Part shown: in pieces, positions 1-10,633 of the stretch
Position numbering within the stretch: the stretch's first letter is position 1
Layout of the letters: every line of letters starts with the position of its first letter
Made by a program: the position numbers and the translations under genes
Assembly (NCBI GenBank): GCA_051546255.1
Contig: CP128820.1
Coordinates: forward strand, 372,001-436,000
Origin: Meyerozyma guilliermondii
Taxonomy: Eukaryota
Length of the DNA: 64,000 nt
Reading direction: 5' to 3'
Notes under the pieces: generated by a model
What the model was told of the DNA's origin: nothing
The model's database searches: none
The model's input: only the letters and a program-made list of their open reading frames with translations

Positions 1-1
1 T

Positions 2-3000
2 TTCGACCCCAAGCAACTCAATATCGGTATTTGGGGCGGTGACGTCAAGCTTCGTAACCTTCGCTTAAAAAGAGATTCGTTGGACAAGTTTAAACTTCCT
101 GTCGATGTCAAGTTTGGCCATGTGGGCGAACTCACCCTTCAGATTCCCTGGTCCAATCTCAAGGGGAAACCCGTGAAGGTCATTATTGATGATGTTTACG
201 TGTTAGCTTCTCCTAAAATATTGGAGGATTTTGATTTGGAGGAAGAAAAAAACCGTGAACAGCAACTTAAGCGTGAAAAATTGAACAATTGGGAAGCATT
301 AGAACAAGCAACGGTTCAGAATCAAAATCTCACCAATGACCTTGAAAACAATGAGTCGTTCACAGAGTCCTTGGTCACCAAAATCATTGACAATCTTCAG
401 GTGACCATAAAGAATATTCATGTCAGATACGAAGACGACTCAATTCTCACTGAGAACCCATATGCTTTGGGTTTCACCTTGAGTGAGCTTTCTGCTGTGT
501 CCACCGACCTGTCGTGGACCCCTAGTTTCATCACTATCACTCAGGCCTTGACCCACAAGTTACTTGTGTTGAAAAGCTTCAGTTGCTATATGTCTACAGA
601 TTCTGATCTGATCGACGGAGAAGCACAGGAAATGCTTGAACGGTTCAAGAGCATTTTGAATATCACCAGTGATGTGACCGCCAAGGATAATCAGTATTTA
701 CTTCGACCCATCTCTGGTCAAGGTAAACTTACCATCAATAAGAGAGGTGCTACAGAAGAGAATCCTCAGTTCAAGACGGAGTTTTTCTTTGACGAATTCG
801 GCGTGGTTCTTGACCATAACCAGTATCAAAACCTCTTGTGGACAGCTTCCAAGTTCCACTACTACATGAAGACCCAAAGATTCAGAAAGTTGCGCCCCAA
901 GGTGACCGTTAAAGAAGACCCGCTCGAATGGTTCCGATTTGCAGCACAGACAATCTTGAACGAAATCCATGACAAACACTACAAGTGGACCTGGGAGCAT
1001 TTTGCCAAGCGCCGTGATCAACGTAAAGCGTATATCAGACTTTGGAAGCTTCACCTTTTGAAGAAGAATCTAAGCAAAGAAGACAAAGAGGAACTCGAAC
1101 AATTAGAGTACGATTTGCCGTATGAGGATATCAAGTTGTATCGCTCTCTCACCAGATCAGAAATCAAAAAAGAGAACAAGGGCATTTCGCTCAGTGCTTT
1201 ATTACCGAAGACTGAGAACAAAGGCTGGTTTTCAGGCTGGTGGGGCGGTCAACAACAGCCCAGCAAATCTGATCCATCTGCTCCCGAATCTGATCCTTCT
1301 AAAATGGACCTTCAGCTCAGCGAAGAACAAAGAAAGGCACTTTACGATGTAATAGAATACGACGAAAACAGGTTGACAGAAGCTGTCGATGTGCCTAGAG
1401 AGAGGACGGTGATGGAGGTAATCGCAACTTTGAGGAAAGGCGGAATTGCCGTCAAGAGAGACAAATCGTCGTCTAATTTGGGTGAGATTGTGTTTGAACA
1501 TTGCAAAGCTCATGTATTTAAACGTCCTGATTCGTTGCTCACGAACTTCCAGTTGCAAGAGTTTCGTGTTGAGGACGGCACTGAAGGCGCTTTGTACAAA
1601 CACATGGTTAGTGTAAAGCATTTGCATTCTCATGAGTCTCGACTGGAGCGTTCTTCTGAGCCACCATCATCCCTGGCTAGCGTCGATGATGTTTCAAAGG
1701 TGGGATGGAATGAGCCATTTTTCAAGATTTCTTTCGAGAATAATCCACTAGATGGTTCTGCTGATTCTGCTCTCAAGGGCCATCTCAGATCCATGACTAT
1801 ATTCTACAATCCTCATTTCATTGAAGAGATTATAAGATTTTTCAAACCGCCAAAAATGCACTTAGATACTGTGGGTGCAATCATGAATGCTGCTGAGGCC
1901 ACAGTAGAGGGAATAACCTCGCAGACCAGAATAGGACTTCAATATGCTTTGGAGGAGCACAAGACTATAAACGTGAAGCTCGACTTACAAGCACCATTGA
2001 TTATAGTGCCTCTAGATCCTACCTCATTCAAGACACCAGTGGCTATTTTGGATGCGGGCCATCTAAGTGTCAAAAGTGCTTTGGTAGACAAATCGAATAT
2101 TGAAGAGATAAAGTCAAAAGCTACCTATGACTCCAAAGATTGGGAAAAACTCAAGACTTTAATGTATGATGAGTTCGAGCTCCATTTGGAAGACAGTCAG
2201 TTTTTGATTGGACCAAGGTTCAAGTCAGCATTACTGAGCTTGCACGATGATGACAACAGCATGTCCATCTTAAGCCAGTTCGATATGCGCTTTACCCTCG
2301 GTATTTCGATCATGCCGAGTGCCACAAGTATACCTCGTTTCAAGATTCTGGCTAAGGTCCCTGCAATAAAGTTGAGTATGAATGACTTTCAGTACAAAAC
2401 TATGATGAAGATTATCGATGCTGCAATTCCCAATATCGACAGTTCAGATATCAGTGAAACCGGGGAATTTGAGACGTTTGGAAATGTCGAGCAAGATGAT
2501 GGGTTGGTGGTTGATTTTGGGTCTGATTCCGATAGTGATTCGAAATCTCCTACTCCTACAAAGAATGCTAATTCAAGCTCAGATAGATCGTTGGAACAGC
2601 ATCTCTTTGACTTTGATTTTAAAGTTGATAGGGTACTGCTTTCTTTGCACCGTTGTGTTGACGCTTCAGCATTGCAGACTGATCCATTGGTCGATCTTAT
2701 TGGGGAAAATTTGCACATGTTTTTCGTGAAAACAGAAAGAGACATGGACCTCTCGCTTACATTGGATAACATCAATCTTTTGGACTACATTGAAAATTCA
2801 GGTGTTAGAGAGTTTGACCATTTGATAACATCGAATAGACTAGATGGCACTGATGTCTCGTCAAAGGCTGACATGAAACAGCTTTTCAAGTTGAACTACA
2901 AGCGTATGCAAAGAATAGTTGAGTTCAAAGGCAAAGAGATTGAAGTTTTCGACCAGGATATTGATTTGGACGTAGCGACAGTCAAGTTTGTGGTCCTGAG

Positions 3001-6000
3001 AAAGTCATTGTTGAGTCTTTTAAACTTCACATTGAATACTTTCACGGACCCTAATGCAGAAGAGACTCCAGCAGATGAGCTCAAGCACAATGATGCAACG
3101 GACGAGTCAATTGCTCCCGAGCGAATTAATGTCAAGGTCAATCTTGATAGCATCATCATGGTCCTCAATGAAGACGGAATTAAGCTTGCGACCTTGAAGC
3201 TTAGTACTGCAGAAGTAAGTGTTCTTGTACTTCCTGAAGCTCTTGATGTTCGTGGAAAATTGGGAGCTTTGACGCTCCATGATGAAATCAACCATGGTTC
3301 GTCGAGAGACTCGGTTCTTCGAAATCTCTTCAGTATTGAAGGTGACAATCTCGCGGAGTTCAAGTACATCACCTACGATCCAACTACCAACAACGAACCT
3401 TACAGCTCCTATGTGGAGTTCAGTTCTGGTGCGCCAAACATCAACTTTATTGAGGATGCCTTTGGAAGAATATTCAACTTTTTGTCTCAGTTCCAACAAA
3501 TGAAGAGTATCTACGACTCTGCTAGGGAAGCAGCTATAGAACAGGCAAGTACCATAGAAGGAGCAAACCAAATGAAGTTTAATGTTGTTGTTAGAGCCCC
3601 TACTATCTTGTTTCCTAGGATTGTTCCCGATGGAAACAGAGGTTACGATAGGGTAACAGCACGTCTAGGCGAATTGTACGCATTTAATGAGTTCAAAGAG
3701 GGCGAAAATGGTATATTGAGGAACGTCATTGATGCTGGAATCCGCAATATCAAGTTGGACTCCTTGTTTCATTTCGATAATGGAGTTCAACAGTTGACAA
3801 AGATCGTTGACGATTTGGATCTTTCTATGAAGATAGATTATGCTGACAATTTGCAACTCCGAGAAGGTGAGAGGCCGACGATTATTGTCGGTGGAAGTTT
3901 GCCTGAGCTTGATTTAAAGCTTACAGAACTTCAACTTCAATACTTGACAAATTTGTCTGACTCAATTACCAAGGTATTTACTCCAGAAGCAGCAGATGAT
4001 ATATTGCAAGAAGTAGAGGAAGAAGCTGATACAGCGAATGCTGCAGTGAGGGAGGCGGCTAAGGCTTTGAAGCCACCCTCAACGGAAGCGGCTGAGAAGA
4101 AAATGGATACCAAAACTGAAAACGTATCGAAAGTCGACGACTCTCATCTTCAAGTAAAATTTGACTTTGAAGTTCCTCGCGTGAGCCTTACTATTTATAA
4201 TAGAACTTCGGGCATTTCGGATATCAGTGGGCTTGAATTATCCACTTTCTCGTTGAACAAATCGAGAATTTCTTTCGAGTCTCGTGAAGACACTCACTTC
4301 ACGGCAAATGTCAACGTCAAATCGTTTGTGGTTGAGGATGTTCGAAGCGAAGGTCAGAATAAATTCCGTGAAATTATTCCTCCTTCTTCAGGAGAATCGG
4401 ACCAATTCGAATTGACCGCCACTTCAGAAGGAACCAAAGAGAAGAAAAATGTTACTGTGATACTCGGAGTCGACAATCCGAAAACAATACTTGCCCTTGA
4501 CTACATCTTTGAATTGCAACGATTTGCTACTATTGGCATGGAGAAAAACGTCTCCATAGGTGACATGGAAGACGCTTATGAGAGCAGTGAGGAGGATGTT
4601 CAACTCGATCGACGTCTCAGTGTGAGCAAAAAAACTGTTACAAGCACTCAGAAACCAGAAGTGAAGCATGAGAAGGACCTGCCCGACGAAGACACGGGCA
4701 TGAAGATTGGTTACTCTGTGAATGTCACCAACCCTTCGATTATACTTTTGGCTGACCCTACTTCTTCAGAGTCGGAAGCTATTGTATTCAAGGTAGGTCA
4801 AGTGCTCATTACCAGCCAGAATGTGATTTCTTTAGCAGCCAACAATATTGGCATGTTTTTCTGCCATATGAATGATTTTGAAAAGAGACTTCGAATCATT
4901 GATGACTTTTCGATTTCATTTGCACTCGATGCAAGAGGCTCCTCTGGTAACAAATTCTTGACGAACATCGAAGCATCTATAGAACCAATGTTGCTCCGTT
5001 TGTCTCTCAGGGATATTCGGTTAGCGATTCAAATCTTCAACAGAGCCGTCGAGCTTTCTCAGCAAGCTCACTCAGGTCAAGAAAGTGAGACAGACGAAAG
5101 TGGATACAATTTTTCAGATAATTTCAAACGGCGATTGTCTCAATATGCGCCAACAATAATGTCGGGATTGCCTTCCGACCCCAAAAAACCCTCTCAAGTG
5201 AATAAAGAAGAGGGTGTTGTTGTGAAAGGTGAGGAATTGAATGCCAGTTTCGGCGGTTTACGTTTTGTTCTCATTGGTGATGTTCATGAATTGCCTGTGC
5301 TCGATATGAACGTAGAACCCTTCGAAATAAGAGCTCACAATTGGTCAACTGACTTGAATGCCGAGGCTCATATTGAGTCGTTTGTAAACATTTACAACTA
5401 CTCAAGATCATCATGGGAACCTTTGGTTGAGCCTTGGCCGATATCTGTATATGCAACGAAAGTCATGGACCCTAAACCAAGCATGACAATTGATGTTGTG
5501 CTGAGACAATTAGCTGAAATTACAGTATCCTCAAGATCAGTTGCTCTCCTATCTCAGATGTTATCCTTGATAACAGATGAAGGTCAAATGAAATCTCGAG
5601 AGAATGACGACCCCTACAGAATTAGAAACGGCACGGGGTTCGATATCGAAGTGTGGTCCTCTCATGAGCCGGAAACTAAAAAGGTTCTTAAGAACAATGA
5701 TACTACATCTTGGTCATTTGAGGATTGGAGAGCAATCAGAGAGAATTTGGACTCTGACAACTCAAGAGGACAATTGGCCGTCAAGCTTCTTGGGTCCGAC
5801 TATGGTACAATCGACACAATTCCAGTCACCGGTGAGGGTGAAGAACTTTATGTTTTGACACCAAGCAAGGTAGGCTATCATAATCGTTTATGTGCTGATG
5901 TCTCTCTTGGAGACGACAATATTAAGACTATATGGTTGCGATCCACTTTGAAGGTTCAGAACGACACAGACATCGCAATAGTGATATTGCTTTCTGGAAA

Positions 6001-9000
6001 AGCTCCTGGAAGTGGTGATTCGTATGTTGTTCAAGCGAATGAAGTGCAAGCGCTTCCCATTGATAAAATCTACGAGTCTGAAATACAGATCCGTCCTCAA
6101 GTTGACGTAACTTATAACTGGTCCGACAAAAAAATCAGCTGGTCGCAGCTTCTTGAACGCTCTGCCTCACTCAAATGTTCTGCGGCCCAAAAGCAAGATG
6201 TGTCAACATTCAACTTTGAAATCAACGCAAAGTATGACCAAAGTGAACCTTTGGCAAAGATTTATCCTCATCTCACCATGGTAGTTTCGGCTCCAGTGGA
6301 AATCGAAAACTTGCTACCATATGACTTCACTTACAGGATCTATGATAAGAAAACCAAGAGTGATTGGAGTGGTTTGATTCAAAAAGGTGTTAAGAGCTAT
6401 GTTCACATTGTTAGCCTTGCTAACTTGTTGATGCTTAGTGTTGAACCGATCGATTGTGGGTTTGAAAAATCTGAATTTGCTATCATTAATACTCCCGCTA
6501 AAAGTGAGTTCAATCGTGAACATACTATTTCCTTGAGGCACAAAATCACAGGGCAGCATCTCAAATTAAGAATTCATTACCCAAGAAAAGACGGAAAAGC
6601 GGGTATCAAACTACAGGTGTTTTCGCCTTATGTCATTCTCAATAAGACCAATCAAAGCATCAGAGTCTCTGAGAGGAATAACATAATGCATTCTAACAAT
6701 TCGACTTTGGAAACCTCGCAACCTTGTATGTTTTCATATGACAAGTTCGGCGACAGGCAGAACAGAGCACTTTTGAAGATTGGAGATTCGAACTGGACAT
6801 CTCCATTGAGTTTGGATGCTATTGGTCAAAATAATGCAGTGACTGCTCAAATTCCAAATAAGCAGATGGGAATGGATGTGGCTGTTAGCATCGAAGAGGG
6901 TACCGGACGATACATTTTGACCAAGGTAGTAACAATCGCCCCAAGGTTCATTTTGAAAAACTTGCTTGATGAGGATCTTACGTTTGTTGAAACTGGTTCC
7001 ACCAAACAATTTACGTTGAAGAAGGGCGAAATGCAACCTCTTTATGGTTTGCGAAATGTGGAAGAAAAGAGCTTGTCTGTCAAGTTCACCCATAATGCCA
7101 AAGGATGGTCGTCAGCATTTGCTATATCTGATATAGGTCAGATGTTCCTTAAGGTCGGCAAAGAAGGTGTGGGTCAAATTCTTTTGAAGGTCAATATCTT
7201 GACGGAAAATGGAACTGTGTTCATTCAAGTTGAGAACTCCAATAACCATTGGCCATTTTCTATTCGTAACTTCAGTGACTGCGACTTCTATATCTATCAA
7301 GCGGATCCTAATGTCAATGATAGAGGAGAGGTTGTAAAGAGGGACACACCTTACAAACCAATCTATTATAAGGTACCTGCTAAGAGCGTTATGCCTTATG
7401 CATACGATTATCCTAATGCTGTGATCAAGGAACTTATCATAAGATGCCGTGGAATGGAGAGAAACGTGAACTTGGCAGAAATTGGTAATTTGAAACCTTT
7501 CAGATTACCAGCGTCTCAAGACCAAGAACACGTCATTGTCGACTTGAATGTGGTTGCGGATGGACCAACGCAATCGTTGATTTTATCCAACTACGATCCA
7601 CTGGTGAGTTTGTACAAACTCAAGGGAGGTACTTCTTCCACAGTCAATGTCTCGCAAAATTTTGAAGCCAATGAGGTTGATGAGAATTATCACACCAGAA
7701 TTGTTACTAGATTTGAAGGCTTTGGGATCTCGTTGATCAATACCAGATTGCAAGAACTCTGCTATGTTACTTTGCGTGGTCTTGAAGTTCGCTATAATGA
7801 GTCAGACTTATATCAGAACTTGAGTTTAAAACTCAAATGGATTCAAGTTGACAATCAGTTGTATGGAGGTATCTTTCCAATCGTGATATATCCTACGGTT
7901 GTACCCAAATCTGGTAAGGAGATGAACAACCATCCATCTTTCTCAGCTTCAGTTTGCAAAGTTAAAGACGATTCTCATGGAGTGTTATTCATCAAGTATG
8001 CAACTACCTTGCTACAGGAAATGACAATTGAAATTGACGAGGATTTCTTGTTTGCTCTTTTGGACTTTGCTAAGTTCCCCGGCGCCTCATGGAATAAGAA
8101 GATAGAAGACAAGTTATGCGACGATAAGCTTGACCTTCCCGAACCAGCAAGCTTGTCTGAGAGTAGTGATGTCTACTTCGAGGCATTGCACTTACAGCCC
8201 GCTTTGACCAACCTTTCTTTCATGCGTACTGAGAGAGTCAATGCTGAGGAAAAGGCGCCTTCCCAAAACACTTTGATGTTTTTCTTCAACGTGCTCACCA
8301 TGGCTATAGGAAACATCAATGATGCTCCTATCAAACTCAATGCCTTGTTCATTGAAAACATCAGAGTTCCACTTCCAATTTTAATTGAGTCTATTGAGAC
8401 GCATTATGGACAGGCATTCCTCTACCAAGTGCATAAAATATTGGGCTCTGCAGATTTCCTTGGTAACCCAGTCGGGCTCTTCAAGAATATCTCTTCAGGT
8501 GTGTTGGATATCTTCTATGAGCCATATCAAGGTGTGGTGATCAACGACAGGCCACAAGAACTTGGTATTGGAATTGCCAAAGGTGGTTTGAGTTTTGTGA
8601 AGAAGACTGTGTTTGGCTTTTCAGATTCGTTTGCAAAGGTGACGGGATCGTTGGCGAAGGGACTCTCTGTGGTGACTCTTGACAGACAATTTCAAGAGAG
8701 ACGCCGGCTTAATCAACGAAGAAATAGACCCAAGCATGCGCTCTATGGATTCGCTTCTGGCGCTAATTCCTTTTTCGAGTCAGTATCGTCTGGAGTTACA
8801 GGCTTCGCTACTGCTCCAATGGAGGGTGCAGCTAATAGTGGAGCAAGTGGATTTTTCAAAGGTTTAGGAAAAGGTGTTGTTGGCTTACCAACCAAGACTG
8901 CCATTGGGTTCTTTGATTTAGCCTCAAATGTGAGTGAGGGAATTCGTAACACAACTACAGTGTTTGATACAGATGCATTAGACAAGGTGAGGTTGCCTCG

Positions 9001-9382
9001 TTACATATCTGTTGACCATGTTATCCGTCCATATTCTCAGCGAGAAGCTCAAGGTCAATTTTGGTTAAAATCAATTGACGGCGGAAGTTGCATGAATGAG
9101 CAATACTTGGCACATTTAGTGTTGCCAGGTGAGGAGAAGTGTATTCTTGTCACTTTCCGGTTCATTGTGTTATTTGCTATAAATACTCTCAAGACGAACT
9201 GGATGGTTCACTTTGAAGATATTAGTGCGATTACAGTTGAAGCCACAGGAATAAGTATTGGTTTGAAGAAGAGAAACGGACCTTTCATACCAATTCCTGA
9301 GAAGGCTAACAAGTCTTTCTTGTATAACAAGATAGGGTTGGCGGTTGAAAAGTTTAACAAGAAGTGTCAAGTTGAGTTATAG
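2..9382 (+). CDS. VPS13: Vps13 bridge-like lipid transfer protein; 5' end lies upstream of the window
   Basis: The frame is open from base 2 (FDPKQLNIGIWGGDVKLRNL, chorein-N domain), so the TTG start at 80 in the ORF track is artificial. About 3100 aa, with C-terminal GSADFLGNPVGLF and ATG_C/PH-type regions. Confidence 0.97.
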   Translation, partial: FDPKQLNIGIWGGDVKLRNLRLKRDSLDKFKLPVDVKFGHVGELTLQIPWSNLKGKPVKVIIDDVYVLASPKILEDFDLEEEKNREQQLKREKLNNWEALEQATVQNQNLTNDLENNESFTESLVTKIIDNLQVTIKNIHVRYEDDSILTENPYALGFTLSELSAVSTDLSWTPSFITITQALTHKLLVLKSFSCYMSTDSDLIDGEAQEMLERFKSILNITSDVTAKDNQYLLRPISGQGKLTINKRGATEENPQFKTEFFFDEFGVVLDHNQYQNLLWTASKFHYYMKTQRFRKLRPKVTVKEDPLEWFRFAAQTILNEIHDKHYKWTWEHFAKRRDQRKAYIRLWKLHLLKKNLSKEDKEELEQLEYDLPYEDIKLYRSLTRSEIKKENKGISLSALLPKTENKGWFSGWWGGQQQPSKSDPSAPESDPSKMDLQLSEEQRKALYDVIEYDENRLTEAVDVPRERTVMEVIATLRKGGIAVKRDKSSSNLGEIVFEHCKAHVFKRPDSLLTNFQLQEFRVEDGTEGALYKHMVSVKHLHSHESRLERSSEPPSSLASVDDVSKVGWNEPFFKISFENNPLDGSADSALKGHLRSMTIFYNPHFIEEIIRFFKPPKMHLDTVGAIMNAAEATVEGITSQTRIGLQYALEEHKTINVKLDLQAPLIIVPLDPTSFKTPVAILDAGHLSVKSALVDKSNIEEIKSKATYDSKDWEKLKTLMYDEFELHLEDSQFLIGPRFKSALLSLHDDDNSMSILSQFDMRFTLGISIMPSATSIPRFKILAKVPAIKLSMNDFQYKTMMKIIDAAIPNIDSSDISETGEFETFGNVEQDDGLVVDFGSDSDSDSKSPTPTKNANSSSDRSLEQHLFDFDFKVDRVLLSLHRCVDASALQTDPLVDLIGENLHMFFVKTERDMDLSLTLDNINLLDYIENSGVREFDHLITSNRLDGTDVSSKADMKQLFKLNYKRMQRIVEFKGKEIEVFDQDIDLDVATVKFVVLRKSLLSLLNFTLNTFTDPNAEETPADELKHNDATDESIAPERINVKVNLDSIIMVLNEDGIKLATLKLSTAEVSVLVLPEALDVRGKLGALTLHDEINHGSSRDSVLRNLFSIEGDNLAEFKYITYDPTTNNEPYSSYVEFSSGAPNINFIEDAFGRIFNFLSQFQQMKSIYDSAREAAIEQASTIEGANQMKFNVVVRAPTILFPRIVPDGNRGYDRVTARLGELYAFNEFKEGENGILRNVIDAGIRNIKLDSLFHFDNGVQQLTKIVDDLDLSMKIDYADNLQLREGERPTIIVGGSLPELDLKLTELQLQYLTNLSDSITKVFTPEAADDILQEVEEEADTANAAVREAAKALKPPSTEAAEKKMDTKTENVSKVDDSHLQVKFDFEVPRVSLTIYNRTSGISDISGLELSTFSLNKSRISFESREDTHFTANVNVKSFVVEDVRSEGQNKFREIIPPSSGESDQFELTATSEGTKEKKNVTVILGVDNPKTILALDYIFELQRFATIGMEKNVSIGDMEDAYESSEEDVQLDRRLSVSKKTVTSTQKPEVKHEKDLPDEDTGMKIGYSVNVTNPSIILLADPTSSESEAIVFKVGQVLITSQNVISLAANNIGMFFCHMNDFEKRLRIIDDFSISFALDARGSSGNKFLTNIEASIEPMLLRLSLRDIRLAIQIFNRAVELSQQAHSGQESETDESGYNFSDNFKRRLSQYAPTIMSGLPSDPKKPSQVNKEEGVVVKGEELNASFGGLRFVLIGDVHELPVLDMNVEPFEIRAHNWSTDLNAEAHIESFVNIYNYSRSSWEPLVEPWPISVYATKVMDPKPSMTIDVVLRQLAEITVSSRSVALLSQMLSLITDEGQMKSRENDDPYRIRNGTGFDIEVWSSHEPETKKVLKNNDTTSWSFEDWRAIRENLDSDNSRGQLAVKLLGSDYGTIDTIPVTGEGEELYVLTPSKVGYHNRLCADVSLGDDNIKTIWLRSTLKVQNDTDIAIVILLSGKAPGSGDSYVVQANEVQALPIDKIYESEIQIRPQVDVTYNWSDKKISWSQLLERSASLKCSAAQKQDVSTFNFEINAKYDQSEPLAKIYPHLTMVVSAPVEIENLLPYDFTYRIYDKKTKSDWSGLIQKGVKSYVHIVSLANLLMLSVEPIDCGFEKSEFAIINTPAKSEFNREHTISLRHKITGQHLKLRIHYPRKDGKAGIKLQVFSPYVILNKTNQSIRVSERNNIMHSNNSTLETSQPCMFSYDKFGDRQNRALLKIGDSNWTSPLSLDAIGQNNAVTAQIPNKQMGMDVAVSIEEGTGRYILTKVVTIAPRFILKNLLDEDLTFVETGSTKQFTLKKGEMQPLYGLRNVEEKSLSVKFTHNAKGWSSAFAISDIGQMFLKVGKEGVGQILLKVNILTENGTVFIQVENSNNHWPFSIRNFSDCDFYIYQADPNVNDRGEVVKRDTPYKPIYYKVPAKSVMPYAYDYPNAVIKELIIRCRGMERNVNLAEIGNLKPFRLPASQDQEHVIVDLNVVADGPTQSLILSNYDPLVSLYKLKGGTSSTVNVSQNFEANEVDENYHTRIVTRFEGFGISLINTRLQELCYVTLRGLEVRYNESDLYQNLSLKLKWIQVDNQLYGGIFPIVIYPTVVPKSGKEMNNHPSFSASVCKVKDDSHGVLFIKYATTLLQEMTIEIDEDFLFALLDFAKFPGASWNKKIEDKLCDDKLDLPEPASLSESSDVYFEALHLQPALTNLSFMRTERVNAEEKAPSQNTLMFFFNVLTMAIGNINDAPIKLNALFIENIRVPLPILIESIETHYGQAFLYQVHKILGSADFLGNPVGLFKNISSGVLDIFYEPYQGVVINDRPQELGIGIAKGGLSFVKKTVFGFSDSFAKVTGSLAKGLSVVTLDRQFQERRRLNQRRNRPKHALYGFASGANSFFESVSSGVTGFATAPMEGAANSGASGFFKGLGKGVVGLPTKTAIGFFDLASNVSEGIRNTTTVFDTDALDKVRLPRYISVDHVIRPYSQREAQGQFWLKSIDGGSCMNEQYLAHLVLPGEEKCILVTFRFIVLFAINTLKTNWMVHFEDISAITVEATGISIGLKKRNGPFIPIPEKANKSFLYNKIGLAVEKFNKKCQVEL

Positions 9383-9437
9383 AGAAAATGTGAAGAAATG
9401 TAAAATTTCACAATTACAAAAATATATGTACACTCTA

Positions 9438-10439
9438 TTAAGGCGACTGAAAAAATCCATTTGTTCCCCTTCTATTGCAATATGATTGCGCCGTTTCTTC
9501 GTTATGGTACTGTTGCTTGATTTTATTTACAGAGAGCGTCCCATCAGCAGTCTTGATGTACAAGCGATCGTCTCGAAATACGTAATTGCCTGGTTCTGTC
9601 AAGCCATAGTTATCTCTATGGTCACGAATGTCGTCAAGGATGACACGGTGCAATTCAGATACGGGTTCCTTCAGATTTTTCTTCTTAACTTCAACCCATT
9701 TCCAGGTATAGACTTTACCCAAAGCATCGTATTTTCGTTTGATTTGGCGAGCGGTGTTTGACCATTTGATTTCTGCATCCTTGGGGGTGATCTTTCGGGC
9801 GTAAGAGTAGGGATACAGCGAATTTAAGGGTTTAGGATCCAGGTACCGTTTTTCTCGAAGGGTTTGAACCAATAAAGAGCCTCCAAGCTCACCTAGTTTT
9901 TTTTCCAACGAGGTATAGTTGTCTTCCTGATCGATCAGGATCTTGTCAGACTGAAGGAGAATGTCACCGCCATCGAATTTGGTCGGGTGGAGAGTTTGGA
10001 CGGTGACACCGGTATACTTGTCGTCGTTCATGAGAGCATACTGGATTGGAGATGCACCAGAATATTTGGGAAGCAACGATGGATGGACGTTTAAACCACC
10101 GAATTGCAAGCTTTCAAGAAAATGACGGGGTATCAACTTGCCGAAAGAAACCGCAATGGCCATATTAAAATTGTAGGATTGCAACCCATGGAAATGTGGG
10201 GAAGTGTCGACACGATGGACTGGAATGTTCAACTTGGAGGCCTCAATTGCTACGGGATATTCAATGAATTGCTTGAGTTTACGTCCGGTTGGTTTTATCG
10301 ACCTCGTAACAAGGTGAAGGGATTCCACTTGGTTTGTTTGAACCAGAAACTGATGCAATCTTTTAAGAGATTCACAGCTAAAATGGTCACTTCCAAAAAA
10401 CGCTATTCGTAAGGGAACAGTATTAGTAGGTGGTGGCAT
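9438..10439 (-). CDS. FMT1: Mitochondrial methionyl-tRNA formyltransferase; first ATG at 10439, possible non-AUG N-terminal extension
   Basis: Motifs LRIAFFGSD, AVSFGKLIP, LNVHPSLLPKYSGASPIQ and TLHPTKFDGGDIL. Confidence 0.92.
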   Translation of the reverse strand: MPPPTNTVPLRIAFFGSDHFSCESLKRLHQFLVQTNQVESLHLVTRSIKPTGRKLKQFIEYPVAIEASKLNIPVHRVDTSPHFHGLQSYNFNMAIAVSFGKLIPRHFLESLQFGGLNVHPSLLPKYSGASPIQYALMNDDKYTGVTVQTLHPTKFDGGDILLQSDKILIDQEDNYTSLEKKLGELGGSLLVQTLREKRYLDPKPLNSLYPYSYARKITPKDAEIKWSNTARQIKRKYDALGKVYTWKWVEVKKKNLKEPVSELHRVILDDIRDHRDNYGLTEPGNYVFRDDRLYIKTADGTLSVNKIKQQYHNEETAQSYCNRRGTNGFFQSP

Positions 10440-10633
10440 AGCGATGGAAATGAGCCCACTCCGAAGTCCCAAAATGGATCGTTTTACTTTTTTGTGGCTA
10501 TATTACCAAGGCTGTGGGGAAGGTTTTTTTTTTTCTCAAAGAAAAAATAAACTTAGATCTCCGAAATTTCGCACTGAGCGCCGCTTGCAATTGTATTCAT
10601 TCGTTAAGCACCAACAAAAGGGTTCCAGGGCAA

